A stretch of DNA of 20,000 nucleotides, taken from an uncultured virus (IMG/VR IMGVR_UViG_3300024319_000011) (lineage: Duplodnaviria > Heunggongvirae > Uroviricota > Caudoviricetes). The notes under the pieces are model-generated. The model was not told the origin of the DNA. It searched no databases and was given only the letters and a program-made list of their open reading frames with translations. A program made the translations under genes and the position numbers. Of this stretch, positions 7,188-16,654 are shown one piece after another (within the stretch, counting starts at the first letter, position 1; every line of letters starts with the position of its first letter). The DNA lies in IMG/VR virus record IMGVR_UViG_3300024319_000011; one strand, given 5' to 3'.

Positions 7188-7504
7188 TAACTTTAACAGA
7201 TAAAGCATACGAACGAGCGTTACATTCAATTCAATCAAGAGAAAATACTATAGGACTTCGTGTTGGAGTAAGAACAGCAGGATGTTCTGGACTTGCTTAT
7301 GTATTAGAGTTTGTTGACCAAATTGGTGAACATGACGAAGTGTTTGAGATTAAAGATGTTAAAATAATAATAGACAAGAAAAGTCTTGTATATCTTAATG
7401 GATTAGAAATGGATTGGGTTAAACAAGGACTCAACGAAGGCTTTGAATTTAATAACCCAAATGCCAATGGTGAATGTGGCTGTGGGGAAAGTTTTACTGT
7501 ATGA
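7184..7504 (+). CDS. iscA: A-type Fe-S carrier IscA
   Basis: Start at the ATGA overlap (7184). Motifs [22 protein letters not shown] and [23 protein letters not shown]. Confidence 0.9.
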   Translation: MITLTDKAYERALHSIQSRENTIGLRVGVRTAGCSGLAYVLEFVDQIGEHDEVFEIKDVKIIIDKKSLVYLNGLEMDWVKQGLNEGFEFNNPNANGECGCGESFTV

Positions 7505-8463
7505 AGAATAGGCTATTTACCTTTGGGTGTAGTTTTACAAAATACGGTTGGCCTACTTGGGCTGACATTTTAGGCCAAGAGTTTGATGAACATCAAAATT
7601 GGGGGAAAACTGGAGCAGGTAATCTATTCATTTTTTGCTCCCTTATGGAAGCCATACAGAGAGAATCAATCAGCAGTAATGACACTGTAATAATAATGTG
7701 GACTTCTCCTGGAAGAGAGGATAGATGGGTTAAAGGCCATTGGATAACTCCTGGTAGCATATATAATCAAGACGTTTATTCTAAAGATTGGGTAGATAAA
7801 TTTGCTGACCCAGATGGGTACTTAATTCGAGACTCGGCTTTGATATCATCAGCTAATAAAGTCTTAGATAATATTAAATGTGATTATCATCAGTTAAGTA
7901 TGATGCCGCTTAACATTGTTAATGATTCTGAACCTTCCTTAATTGAAAAAATAAAATCTAAATTTAATATTATAACAGGACAAGAAACAAAAAACGTTAA
8001 ATCTATGATACCATCTACAGATAAAGTTATTAATTTATATCAAAATGTTATAGATAAAATAAAACCGTCGGTGTTTGAAACGATCTTTAACAATGATTGG
8101 TATAGTCGGCAGGGCTTTAAGGCAAAGACTTGGGCTGAAGTTAGTTATAAAGAATCTAAGGAAACCTGGGCTCCTCATTGGCCTGCATATGAAGATTTTA
8201 TCAATAAACAAATAACTGAAGAAATATTACAGGAACTAAAGCAGTTTTATGGTTTTGACAATATAGATTTGTTTATAAAAGAAATACACCGATTTGAAAA
8301 TAGAAATGACATACATCCTACTCCTATAGAACATTTAGAATATCTTAATAAGGCATTGCCTGAATTCTTAATATCTAAAGAAACTATTGAATGGGCACAA
8401 AAAAAGCAAATAGATGCAGAAAAAGGCATTGAATATATACATCCAAAAATAAGTAGGCTATAA
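7501..8463 (+). CDS. SGNH/GDSL-like hydrolase or acyltransferase
   Basis: Start at the ATGA overlap (7501). FGCSFT (block I Ser), GAGN (block II) and C-terminal DIHPT (DxH-type block V). Confidence 0.7.
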   Translation: MKNRLFTFGCSFTKYGWPTWADILGQEFDEHQNWGKTGAGNLFIFCSLMEAIQRESISSNDTVIIMWTSPGREDRWVKGHWITPGSIYNQDVYSKDWVDKFADPDGYLIRDSALISSANKVLDNIKCDYHQLSMMPLNIVNDSEPSLIEKIKSKFNIITGQETKNVKSMIPSTDKVINLYQNVIDKIKPSVFETIFNNDWYSRQGFKAKTWAEVSYKESKETWAPHWPAYEDFINKQITEEILQELKQFYGFDNIDLFIKEIHRFENRNDIHPTPIEHLEYLNKALPEFLISKETIEWAQKKQIDAEKGIEYIHPKISRL

Positions 8464-8466
8464 TAA

Positions 8467-9150
8467 ATGATAAAACAAGTATACGAATATAAAGAACTAA
8501 AACGTACAACAACAGAAAAGCAACGTTTATATACATGCCCTGATGGTAACGCAGTTCCTAGTGTTACAACAATCTTAGACAAAACTAAATCAGAAGAAAA
8601 GAAAGCAGGACTGGCACGCTGGCGTAAGAGTGTAGGTGAAGCTAAAGCAAAAGAAATAGTTACAGAAGCGGCTAACAGAGGCACACGCATGCACACCTAC
8701 TTAGAAAACTATGTGCTTGGCGAAGAACTAAAAGACAAAGTATCAAATCCTTTTGCTCAGCAAAGTTTAGACATGGCCAAGATAGTTATTGACGAAGGAC
8801 TTAAAGATGTTGATGAGTATTGGGGGACAGAAGTAGCATTATATCATCCTAAGATTTATGCAGGTACTACAGACCTAGTAGGTGTACACAAAGGCGAGCC
8901 TGCAATTATGGACTTTAAACAAACTAATAAGCCAAAGAAGCGTGAATGGATTGAGGATTACTTCCTACAACTATGTGCATACGCAGAAGCACACAACGAA
9001 GTGTACGGAACTAATATTCGTAAAGGTGTTGTGCTTATGTGTTCAAAAGACTACAAGTATCAAGAGTTTATCTCAGAAGGTACTGAATGGGATATGTGGC
9101 GTGACCTATGGTGGCAACGTGTTGAGGAATACTACGTTAATCATAGATAA
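8467..9150 (+). CDS. PD-(D/E)XK family exonuclease
   Basis: PSVTTIL, RGTRMH, EVAL, YAGTTDLV, IMDFKQ and YFLQLCAYA match RecB/MGME1-like nuclease motifs. Confidence 0.9.
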   Translation: MIKQVYEYKELKRTTTEKQRLYTCPDGNAVPSVTTILDKTKSEEKKAGLARWRKSVGEAKAKEIVTEAANRGTRMHTYLENYVLGEELKDKVSNPFAQQSLDMAKIVIDEGLKDVDEYWGTEVALYHPKIYAGTTDLVGVHKGEPAIMDFKQTNKPKKREWIEDYFLQLCAYAEAHNEVYGTNIRKGVVLMCSKDYKYQEFISEGTEWDMWRDLWWQRVEEYYVNHR

Positions 9151-9153
9151 ATA
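9147..9153 (+). promoter_or_regulatory. late promoter box (ATAAATA) overlapping the nuclease stop codon; probable leaderless mRNA
   Basis: TAAATA at 9148-9153 lies 6 nt before ATG 9160, with no SD. Confidence 0.6.
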
Positions 9154-9159
9154 TGATTA

Positions 9160-9519
9160 ATGGAACTTATATTATTCGCATTAATAATCAAACACTGTAT
9201 AATAGATCTTGGTATACAAAGCCATTTTCTGTGGGGCAAGACACATAACAAAATAAATTATTTTGGCTGTCATGCTCATTACCTACATCATGCTATAGGA
9301 ACATTCATAGCTTTTATACTATTCACAGATATTAAAACAGCACTACTAGCAACAGTAATAGACTACATAGTCCATTGGCATGTTGACTTTACTAAACACA
9401 ACGTTAATACCTATTTTGAATTAACAAGAAAAGATAAATGGTATTGGTGGACAGCAACAATTGATCAACTTCTACATTTTTTAACTTACTATTTGTTAGT
9501 CATCTATCTCGTCAACTAG
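9160..9519 (+). CDS. DUF3307-like membrane protein
   Basis: Hydrophobic helices with HxxxD motifs (HCIID, HWHVD) and DQLLH. Confidence 0.8.
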   Translation: MELILFALIIKHCIIDLGIQSHFLWGKTHNKINYFGCHAHYLHHAIGTFIAFILFTDIKTALLATVIDYIVHWHVDFTKHNVNTYFELTRKDKWYWWTATIDQLLHFLTYYLLVIYLVN

Positions 9520-9526
9520 ATAAATA
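9520..9526 (+). promoter_or_regulatory. late promoter box (ATAAATA)
   Basis: Immediately after the stop at 9519 and 26 nt before the ATG of a structural gene at 9553. Confidence 0.7.
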
Positions 9527-9552
9527 CTATCATAATAAATGGATAGAGACTT

Positions 9553-11127
9553 ATGGCAATAGTACAAATTTCAAAGATACAACATCGTAAAGGCTTACAA
9601 GAAAACCTACCTCAACTAGCAGGTGGTGAATTAGGTTGGGCACAAGACCAACGCAGACTTTATATTGGTAACGGAACATTAGTTGACGGTGCACCAGTTA
9701 TTGGTAATACAGAAGTACTAACAGAGTTTAGTGATGTATTATCAGTTGCAACTCCGTATACATATAAAGGTGAAGCCGCAGGGTATACAGTTAAAACAGA
9801 TGAACCTGCTGTTGAAAGAAAGATAGGAGGTAAACTAGATGAGTTTGCTTCAGTAAAAGACTTTGGTGCAAAAGGCGACGGCGAAACAGATGATACAGTA
9901 GCAATTAATAGAGCATTTTACGAATTATTTTGCCGTGAAAAGAATCCAGAAATAAGACGCAGTTTATATTTTCCTGCAGGAATTTACAAAACATCAAACA
10001 CAATTTTAGTTCCGCCATACGCTAAAGTATATGGCGAAGGTGTTGAATCTTCAATTATCAGAATGGCTCCAGATGATTCATCAATGCCAACATTTGCAAT
10101 GCGTACTACAGATAGTTTACAGCAAACAGGTGCAAACATTGGATCTAACTCTGCTATACTACCTAAGAATATTGAAATGAGTTCTATGACTATTGAGTCA
10201 AATGTTGAAACTCATATTTTATTAGTTGAATCAGCACAGCAATGCTATTTTGAATCAATGAACTTTACAGGTCCTTTACTAAAAGCAGATTTAACAGATG
10301 CTACTAAAGGTACAATAGCAATTGAAGTTGAAGGAACAGCGGCGGCAACACCAGAAATGATTACATTTGATAAATGTGGAATAAGTGGTTGTACATATGG
10401 TGTCAAAGCAGACGCCAACTCAAATGGCGTCACATTTACCAATGGACGTTTTCATATCCTATGGAGAGCTGTGCAGTTAGGAGAAGATACAACTGATGTT
10501 GGTCCTTTAGGGTATCGTATTACACAAAACTTATTCGACGACGTTTCAGATTCAGGTATTTACTTTGCTAATGTAAGCAAAAACATCTCAGGACATAATG
10601 TTTTCTTAGATGTTGCTAATACATTTAATGGAACAGGTAATCCAAGTGAATCAATAATTCAAATTCTAGCAGATGATAATATCTCTGTTGGAGATATGTT
10701 TGAGCGTACTGATGCAGATGATTTAATACATACCCGAGTTGATGTTGCTAACACTGTAAGAGGTATATATTTTGACAATGCAAGAGGTATTGCATACGGT
10801 AACTATAAACGTGAATCAGGTGTTAGAGCAACAATTGAAAATAATCAAACTTCAGCACAAACTATTTTTACTAGACAGGAAAACGGATTCTGTTGTTTTA
10901 ACATTGATTATTCTATATCAAGAGGCGACGCAAAACGTATTGGTACATTAACAGTTACGCTGTCACAAGGTTCAAATGCACTTTCTTATGTAGATGACTA
11001 CAATGAAAATGCAGAAACAGGTGTTGTGTTATCTGTAACAGAATCAGGATCAAACTTTTTATTCAAGTATACTAGTACAAACACCGTACCTGGGCACATT
11101 CATTATTCATTAACACATTTACGCTAG
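9553..11127 (+). CDS. virion structural/tail-associated protein with a pectate-lyase-3-like beta-helix
   Basis: N-terminal IQHRKG...LAGGELGWAQDQRRLYIGNG is a tail-fibre/Mtd-like N-terminal module. SVKDFGAKGDGETDDTVAINRA...LYFPAGIY is the entry motif of the beta-helix. Confidence 0.8.
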   Translation: MAIVQISKIQHRKGLQENLPQLAGGELGWAQDQRRLYIGNGTLVDGAPVIGNTEVLTEFSDVLSVATPYTYKGEAAGYTVKTDEPAVERKIGGKLDEFASVKDFGAKGDGETDDTVAINRAFYELFCREKNPEIRRSLYFPAGIYKTSNTILVPPYAKVYGEGVESSIIRMAPDDSSMPTFAMRTTDSLQQTGANIGSNSAILPKNIEMSSMTIESNVETHILLVESAQQCYFESMNFTGPLLKADLTDATKGTIAIEVEGTAAATPEMITFDKCGISGCTYGVKADANSNGVTFTNGRFHILWRAVQLGEDTTDVGPLGYRITQNLFDDVSDSGIYFANVSKNISGHNVFLDVANTFNGTGNPSESIIQILADDNISVGDMFERTDADDLIHTRVDVANTVRGIYFDNARGIAYGNYKRESGVRATIENNQTSAQTIFTRQENGFCCFNIDYSISRGDAKRIGTLTVTLSQGSNALSYVDDYNENAETGVVLSVTESGSNFLFKYTSTNTVPGHIHYSLTHLR

Positions 11128-11133
11128 TCAACA

Positions 11134-11565
11134 ATGTGGGCACAAACCTATGAAGAAAGGTTAAGACTCTGGGCATCCTTACGAGAGTCTGTCAGTAACA
11201 AATCTTTAACTGAACAACTCAATATAATAAACAATTGGTGGAGCCACGCTCCTAGAGTCAATAATGTAGTACATTGGCACGATAAAGAAAATTGGTTATC
11301 CCCCTGGGAACTTTTGGCAGAAAAAGGATATTGCGAACTTGCATCTGCTCTCGGTTTAGCTTATACTATAATTCTAGTCAACAAAAACGTAGATGTACAA
11401 ATAGCACAAGCAAAGGACGAGTCTAGCAGTGACGTTACAATACTAATTGTTGATGATGAACATATTCTTAACTGGGACATTAACTCAGTGATAAGTAAAG
11501 AACAGTACAAATTTGAAATTAAAGAAACATTTGATTGCACCAAACTTAACGAGATGATTGGATAG
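11134..11565 (+). CDS. hypothetical protein, weak resemblance to transglutaminase-like (BTLCP) fold
   Basis: 143-aa ORF filling the gap between genes. NWLSPWELLAEKGYCE resembles the W-x-T-P-x-E...DCED motif. Confidence 0.65.
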   Translation: MWAQTYEERLRLWASLRESVSNKSLTEQLNIINNWWSHAPRVNNVVHWHDKENWLSPWELLAEKGYCELASALGLAYTIILVNKNVDVQIAQAKDESSSDVTILIVDDEHILNWDINSVISKEQYKFEIKETFDCTKLNEMIG

Positions 11566-11567
11566 AA

Positions 11568-13877
11568 ATGGCAGAGATATTAGTAACAAAAAGAGATGGC
11601 GAAAAAGAGCCTTTAGAAATAGACAAACTACATAAAGTTGTTATGTGGGCCTGTGAAGGCATTACTGGTGTTTCAGCTAGTGAAGTTGAAATTAAAAGTC
11701 ACTTACAATTTTACAATGGTATTAAAACAGCAGACATACAAGAAACAGTTATTAAAAGTGCGGCTGATTTAATAACAGAAGAAACGCCAAACTATCAGAT
11801 AGTTGGAGGTAGATTAATTAACTATCATATACGTAAAGATGTATATGGACAGTTTGAACCTTGGCATGTTAAAAAGATAATAGAAAAAAATATTGACTTA
11901 GGAATGTATGATCCTGAGCTTATGGATTTATATACCAGTGACGAATGGGATAAGATAAATGGCTATGTCAAACACGAAAGAGATGAGTCATTGACATATG
12001 TTGCTATGGAACAATTCCGTGGAAAGTATCTTGTACAGAATAGAGTAACAGGTGAACTATATGAGTCACCGCAGATAACTTATATTTTAATTGCGGCAGT
12101 ACTGTTTGGAAACTATCCTAAAGAAACAAGATTAAAATATGTAAGAGAATACTACGACGCAATTTCAACACACCAAATATCACTACCCACTCCTGTAATG
12201 GCTGGCGTAAGAACTAGCCAAAGACAGTTTTCAAGTTGTGTTCTTATTGAAACAGATGATTCACTAGATTCGATCAATGCTACATCATCAAGTATTGTTA
12301 GATATGTTTCACAGAAAGCAGGCATAGGTATTGGTGCAGGTCGTATTCGTGCTATTAAATCGCCAATTAGAAAAGGTGATGCTTATCACACAGGCGTTAT
12401 TCCTTTCTATAAACTATTTCAAGCGGCTACAAGATCATGTTCACAGGGTGGAGTTAGAAATGGTGCGGCTACTTTGTACTATCCAATATGGCATTTAGAA
12501 GTAGAAGACTTGCTAGTGCTTAAAAATAATAAAGGCACTGATGACAATCGTGTTAGACATATGGACTATGGTATACAGTTTAATAAACTAATGTATGAAA
12601 GACTGTTGTCAGGTGGAGATATAACTTTATTCTCGCCACATGATGTTCCAGAGATGTATGATGCTTTCTTTAACGATCAAGATAAGTTTAAAGAACTATA
12701 TGAAACAGCAGAGCGTAATACTCGCATACGTAAGAAAACAATCAAAGCAATTGACCTGTTTGGACAGTTTGTACAAGAGCGTAAAGACACAGGTAGAATA
12801 TATTTACAAAATGTAGATCATGCTAATACTCACGGTAGTTTTAAAGAAGATGTAGCACCAATTAAGCAATCAAACTTGTGTTGTGAAATTGACTTACCTA
12901 CGAAGCCACTAAGTGATTTAAATGACGCTACGGGCGAAATAGCACTGTGTACGCTATCGGCAATTAATTGGGGAGTATTTAGAACTCCTGAAGAAATGGA
13001 AAAGGCATGCACGCTTGCAGTTAGAGGATTGGACGCATTATTAAGTTATCAAAACTATCCTGTATTAGCGGCGGCATATGCAACACAGAATAGACGACCA
13101 CTAGGTATAGGTATTATTAATCTTGCTTATTGGCTAGCAAAAAATGACTTTACATATTCTGATCCAAGTTGTTTACCAGAACTAGATAGATGGGCACAGC
13201 ATTGGTCATATTATTTGATTAAAGCAAGTGCAGACCTAGCAGAAGAGTTTGGATCCTGTCCTAAGTCAAGCGAAACAAAGTATCATGATGGTATATTACC
13301 TGTTGATACATATAAAAAAGAAGTTGATGAATTAGTTGATCCAGTTGATCATGTTGATTGGAAAGGTCTTAGAACACAGCTTAAAGCTACAGGTATACGT
13401 AATTCAACGCTAATGGCATTAATGCCAGCAGAAACATCTGCACAGATTAGTAATTCAACAAATGGTGTAGAACCACCTAGAAGTTACATTAGTATTAAAC
13501 AAAGTAAACACGGAGCATTAAAACAGGTTGTACCCGAATTTAGACGCCTTAAAAATAAGTACGAACTACTATGGGATCAGAAGTCACCGGAGGGTTATCT
13601 AAAAATTATGTCAGTTCTCCAGAAGTATATTGATCAAGGCATTTCGGTAAATACTTCTTACAATCCAGCCTACTATGAAGATGATAAAGTGTCAATGAGT
13701 GACTTACTCAAGCACATTGTAATGTTTTATAAGTATGGCGGAAAACAGTTATACTACAATAACACACACGACGGACAAGGTGAAATAGATGTTGATCGTG
13801 ATGTTAAAGATAGTGTAGAAGTTGATAATTCACCGGAGCAGTACGACGAAGACGACTGCGATAGTTGTAAAATTTAA
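11568..13877 (+). CDS. nrdA: ribonucleoside-diphosphate reductase class Ia alpha subunit
   Basis: N-terminal ATP cone (VTKRDG), PTPVMAG, FSSCVL, SQGGVRNGA, QSNLCCEI, ALCTLSAIN, KQLYY and C-terminal CDSCKI. Confidence 0.98.
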   Translation: MAEILVTKRDGEKEPLEIDKLHKVVMWACEGITGVSASEVEIKSHLQFYNGIKTADIQETVIKSAADLITEETPNYQIVGGRLINYHIRKDVYGQFEPWHVKKIIEKNIDLGMYDPELMDLYTSDEWDKINGYVKHERDESLTYVAMEQFRGKYLVQNRVTGELYESPQITYILIAAVLFGNYPKETRLKYVREYYDAISTHQISLPTPVMAGVRTSQRQFSSCVLIETDDSLDSINATSSSIVRYVSQKAGIGIGAGRIRAIKSPIRKGDAYHTGVIPFYKLFQAATRSCSQGGVRNGAATLYYPIWHLEVEDLLVLKNNKGTDDNRVRHMDYGIQFNKLMYERLLSGGDITLFSPHDVPEMYDAFFNDQDKFKELYETAERNTRIRKKTIKAIDLFGQFVQERKDTGRIYLQNVDHANTHGSFKEDVAPIKQSNLCCEIDLPTKPLSDLNDATGEIALCTLSAINWGVFRTPEEMEKACTLAVRGLDALLSYQNYPVLAAAYATQNRRPLGIGIINLAYWLAKNDFTYSDPSCLPELDRWAQHWSYYLIKASADLAEEFGSCPKSSETKYHDGILPVDTYKKEVDELVDPVDHVDWKGLRTQLKATGIRNSTLMALMPAETSAQISNSTNGVEPPRSYISIKQSKHGALKQVVPEFRRLKNKYELLWDQKSPEGYLKIMSVLQKYIDQGISVNTSYNPAYYEDDKVSMSDLLKHIVMFYKYGGKQLYYNNTHDGQGEIDVDRDVKDSVEVDNSPEQYDEDDCDSCKI

Positions 13878-13895
13878 GTTAGGGGCAATATACAA

Positions 13896-15020
13896 ATGAG
13901 CGTGTTAAATAAAAATAACAAGAGTCATCTAAAAGCTAATGCGTTTTTAGATAAAAGTGGTGGGCACGGTATCCAACGTTATGATACTGTTAAGTATAGA
14001 CAATTTGAAAAACTAACTGATAGACAATTAAGTTTCTTTTGGAGACCTGAGGAAGTTGACGTAATGCGTGACTCCAAAGACTTTAAAGACTTAACACCAT
14101 ATGAACAACATATCTTTACAAGCAATCTAAAGAGACAGATTGTGCTTGACTCAGTACAAGGACGTTCACCTAACTTAGCTTTATTGCCTTTAGCAACTAT
14201 ACCAGAGATTGAAACATGGATTGAAACTTGGGCGTTCAATGAAACTATTCATTCACGTTCATACACACATATCATTAGAAACGTTTATGCAGATCCGTCA
14301 AAAGTATTTGATAGCTTAATGGACGTAAACGAAATTGGATCATGTGGTACAGATATTTCCAAGTACTATGATGACTTAATTGAATATCATAGAATGTATG
14401 AATATTTAGGTGCAGGCGAGCATATAGTCAATGGCAAAAAAGTCATAGTTGACGAGTATGAACTTAAACGTCGTTTATGGTTATGTATTAATTCAGTAAA
14501 CGTATTAGAAGGTATTCGTTTTTATGTTTCTTTTGCTTGCTCTTGGGCATTTGCTGAACTTAAGAAAATGGAAGGCAATGCTAAGATTATTAAACTGATT
14601 GCTAGAGACGAAAACATTCATTTAGCAAGCTCACAACACTTATTAAAAATGCTACCACAAGACGACAAAGACTTTGTTAAGATTAAAAAAGAGTGCGAAC
14701 CAGAGGTAGTAGAAATGTTTAAGTCAGCAGTTGAGCAAGAAGAAGCCTGGGCAAAATACTTGTTCCAAGACGGTTCAATGATTGGACTTAACGAAGAACT
14801 ACTATGTCAATACATTCAATGGATTGCTAACAAACGTATGTCAACACTAGGTTTAGAGTCACCATATCAAGGTGGTTCAAATCCTTTACCTTGGACACAG
14901 AAGTGGATATCAGGTAGCGAAGTACAGGTAGCACCTCAAGAAACAGAAATCAGTAGTTACACTATTGGTGCAGTTAAACAAGACGTAACAGAAGATACTT
15001 TGAAAGGTTTTAGTTTATAA
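13896..15020 (+). CDS. nrdB: ribonucleoside-diphosphate reductase class Ia beta subunit
   Basis: FFWRPEEVD, DSVQGR, ETIHSRSY (radical Tyr), EGIRFYVSF, DENIH and PQETEISSY. Confidence 0.98.
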   Translation: MSVLNKNNKSHLKANAFLDKSGGHGIQRYDTVKYRQFEKLTDRQLSFFWRPEEVDVMRDSKDFKDLTPYEQHIFTSNLKRQIVLDSVQGRSPNLALLPLATIPEIETWIETWAFNETIHSRSYTHIIRNVYADPSKVFDSLMDVNEIGSCGTDISKYYDDLIEYHRMYEYLGAGEHIVNGKKVIVDEYELKRRLWLCINSVNVLEGIRFYVSFACSWAFAELKKMEGNAKIIKLIARDENIHLASSQHLLKMLPQDDKDFVKIKKECEPEVVEMFKSAVEQEEAWAKYLFQDGSMIGLNEELLCQYIQWIANKRMSTLGLESPYQGGSNPLPWTQKWISGSEVQVAPQETEISSYTIGAVKQDVTEDTLKGFSL

Positions 15021-15853
15021 TGCTTAAATGGTTTTATAGAACATTTCCGTTAGACAAGAGAGTAAAAATGCTACAGGCATTTGCTTATATTGGTCTAATA
15101 ATAGGACTGGTATTATACTTTGATTGGGCTTGGCTTGTAGCAGGTCTAGCATACAGTTGGATACTATTTTTAGTTGGTGCTAGCTGTGGACTACACAAAT
15201 ATTCAAGTCATAGATCATTTGAACCTAAGAATAGATTCTATAAAATTTTAATGTTATCGTGCAGTACTGTATTAAGTTTAGGTAGTAACGTGTCATGGGC
15301 ATGTACACACAGAAAGCATCATAAGTATTCAGACCATGAGGGCGATCCACATTCACCAAATATCAACGGTGGTGGCTTTTGGCGTTCAATACGACTATGG
15401 TTCTACTACTTTCCAACATATCAAATTAATCCAAGAACAGTAAAAGATCTTAGCATTGACAAAGATCATAAGTGGTTCCACAATAACTACTTTAAATTAA
15501 ATCTTGGAGTATTTTTAGTATTGTTTTTAATAAGCCCTAAGGTAGCAACATATTTTTATTTCCTACCAATCGTATATGGGTTCCAAGCTATCAGTTATAT
15601 CACTGTGTTAGCTCACAACAAGTATCTTTACAAGTGGATAGGTTACACAAACTTTCCTAGTACAGATAGAACATTTAACTCAAAGATAGCATCAGTGTTT
15701 GTTCCTGGCGATGGTAATCATAATAATCATCATACACAGCCTGCCGCGGCCAAGAATAAGTTTACTGCAAAGGATTGGGATCTTGCTTGGTGGTTTATTA
15801 AGTTAGCGGGTAAAGATGTTAAAGATGACTATCAGCAGAAGATACACGCTTAG
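15020..15853 (+). CDS. membrane fatty-acid desaturase (delta-9/DesC-like)
   Basis: Three His boxes (HKYSSH, HRKHH followed by SDHEGDPHSP, and HNNHH) plus transmembrane segments. TAATG-coupled to nrdB. Confidence 0.92.
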   Translation: MLKWFYRTFPLDKRVKMLQAFAYIGLIIGLVLYFDWAWLVAGLAYSWILFLVGASCGLHKYSSHRSFEPKNRFYKILMLSCSTVLSLGSNVSWACTHRKHHKYSDHEGDPHSPNINGGGFWRSIRLWFYYFPTYQINPRTVKDLSIDKDHKWFHNNYFKLNLGVFLVLFLISPKVATYFYFLPIVYGFQAISYITVLAHNKYLYKWIGYTNFPSTDRTFNSKIASVFVPGDGNHNNHHTQPAAAKNKFTAKDWDLAWWFIKLAGKDVKDDYQQKIHA

Positions 15854-16649
15854 ATAGTAAGTCAGCAATTTCACCACTTAGATCAAACTTGTTATTTCTC
15901 TTACCATAGTTTCTTTCACCTGGGTAAGCATGGTGAGTTTCGTGATATCCTTCTCCAGCAAATAGCCAAGTAAACAATACACTATCCCAACTAAGATCAT
16001 TTTCATTATGTGGCTTAGTACCTTTAAACCAACGTTGTAGTGTTTCACTGTGTGCTATAACTGTTACCCAACTCATACCTAGTAGACAATATACTACAGG
16101 TAAAGCAAATAAGTAGACAACCAAGACAGGATCAACCATAAACAGTATTATTGGATAAACAGACCATATTTTCCAATAGTTATTATGATAGAATTTAATT
16201 TCTCGATCTTTAACTAAATCAATAACAACACGTGGATTAATCTTATCAGTCTCCATCCATAAGAACCATAGTTTAATGTTATGTATCCAGCTATTAGTTA
16301 GTGCGAATGGGTCTTGCTCGGTGTCTGAATGCTTATGATGTGTTCTATGACCTGCCGCAAATTCTATAGGTGTTCCTAGGGTAGTCATTGTACCCAGTAA
16401 TAATAGTAAATGCTTTACAAGACGATTACGTGGGTCTAAGGCACGGTGTGATATCCACTTATGCAGGCTTACGCTAACGCCTAAAGTAAACAATATATAA
16501 CCTAATATAAGCCCTGCGATTAATAGTGCAAAGTTAAAATTTATAATCAAAGTGGCAATAACGAGCAAATAAATGGTTGCTTGTGCAATGCGAACTCTGT
16601 TATAATTAGCAATCGATAATTTATTTTTTAGGTCATTGAATAATGTCAT
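15819..16649 (-). CDS. second membrane fatty-acid desaturase (delta-9/DesC-like)
   Basis: His boxes HKWISH, HRTHH (followed by SDTEQDP) and GEGYHETHH. Likely start is ATG 16649 (MTLFNDL...), because the 16715 start overlaps glutaredoxin. Confidence 0.9.
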   Translation of the reverse strand: MTLFNDLKNKLSIANYNRVRIAQATIYLLVIATLIINFNFALLIAGLILGYILFTLGVSVSLHKWISHRALDPRNRLVKHLLLLLGTMTTLGTPIEFAAGHRTHHKHSDTEQDPFALTNSWIHNIKLWFLWMETDKINPRVVIDLVKDREIKFYHNNYWKIWSVYPIILFMVDPVLVVYLFALPVVYCLLGMSWVTVIAHSETLQRWFKGTKPHNENDLSWDSVLFTWLFAGEGYHETHHAYPGERNYGKRNNKFDLSGEIADLLSKRVSSADSHL

Positions 16650-16654
16650 AACTA

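Noticed and set aside
7158..7504. Near-repeat TGTGGxTGTGG...AGTTT...GTATGA at the ends of erpA and iscA
   Set aside because: Explained by the shared CGCGxSFxV C-terminal motif of the two paralogues. It also produces spurious upstream extensions (MWMW..., MWLW...) in the ORF track.
8467..9150. Cas4 or Fe-S-dependent nuclease as the client of the neighbouring isc genes; CRISPR association
   Set aside because: It has only three scattered Cys and no C-terminal CxxC-x5-C cluster motif. No repeat-spacer array is visible in the window.
8882..9160. Alternative-frame + strand ORF (92 aa) inside the nuclease gene
   Set aside because: It lies almost entirely within a conserved gene and has no recognisable motifs.
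587..14239. Minus-strand ORFs in the track (e.g. 587-892, 950-1267, 1934-2302, 2818-3201, 4391-4636, 5165-5548, 6510-6821, 8247-8696, 13979-14239)
   Set aside because: These are antisense shadows of well-supported + strand genes, with no motifs or expression signals.
11568..15020. Intron, intein or homing endonuclease in nrdA/nrdB (common in T4-like phages)
   Set aside because: Both ORFs are uninterrupted and of normal class Ia length, and the intergenic gap is only 18 nt.
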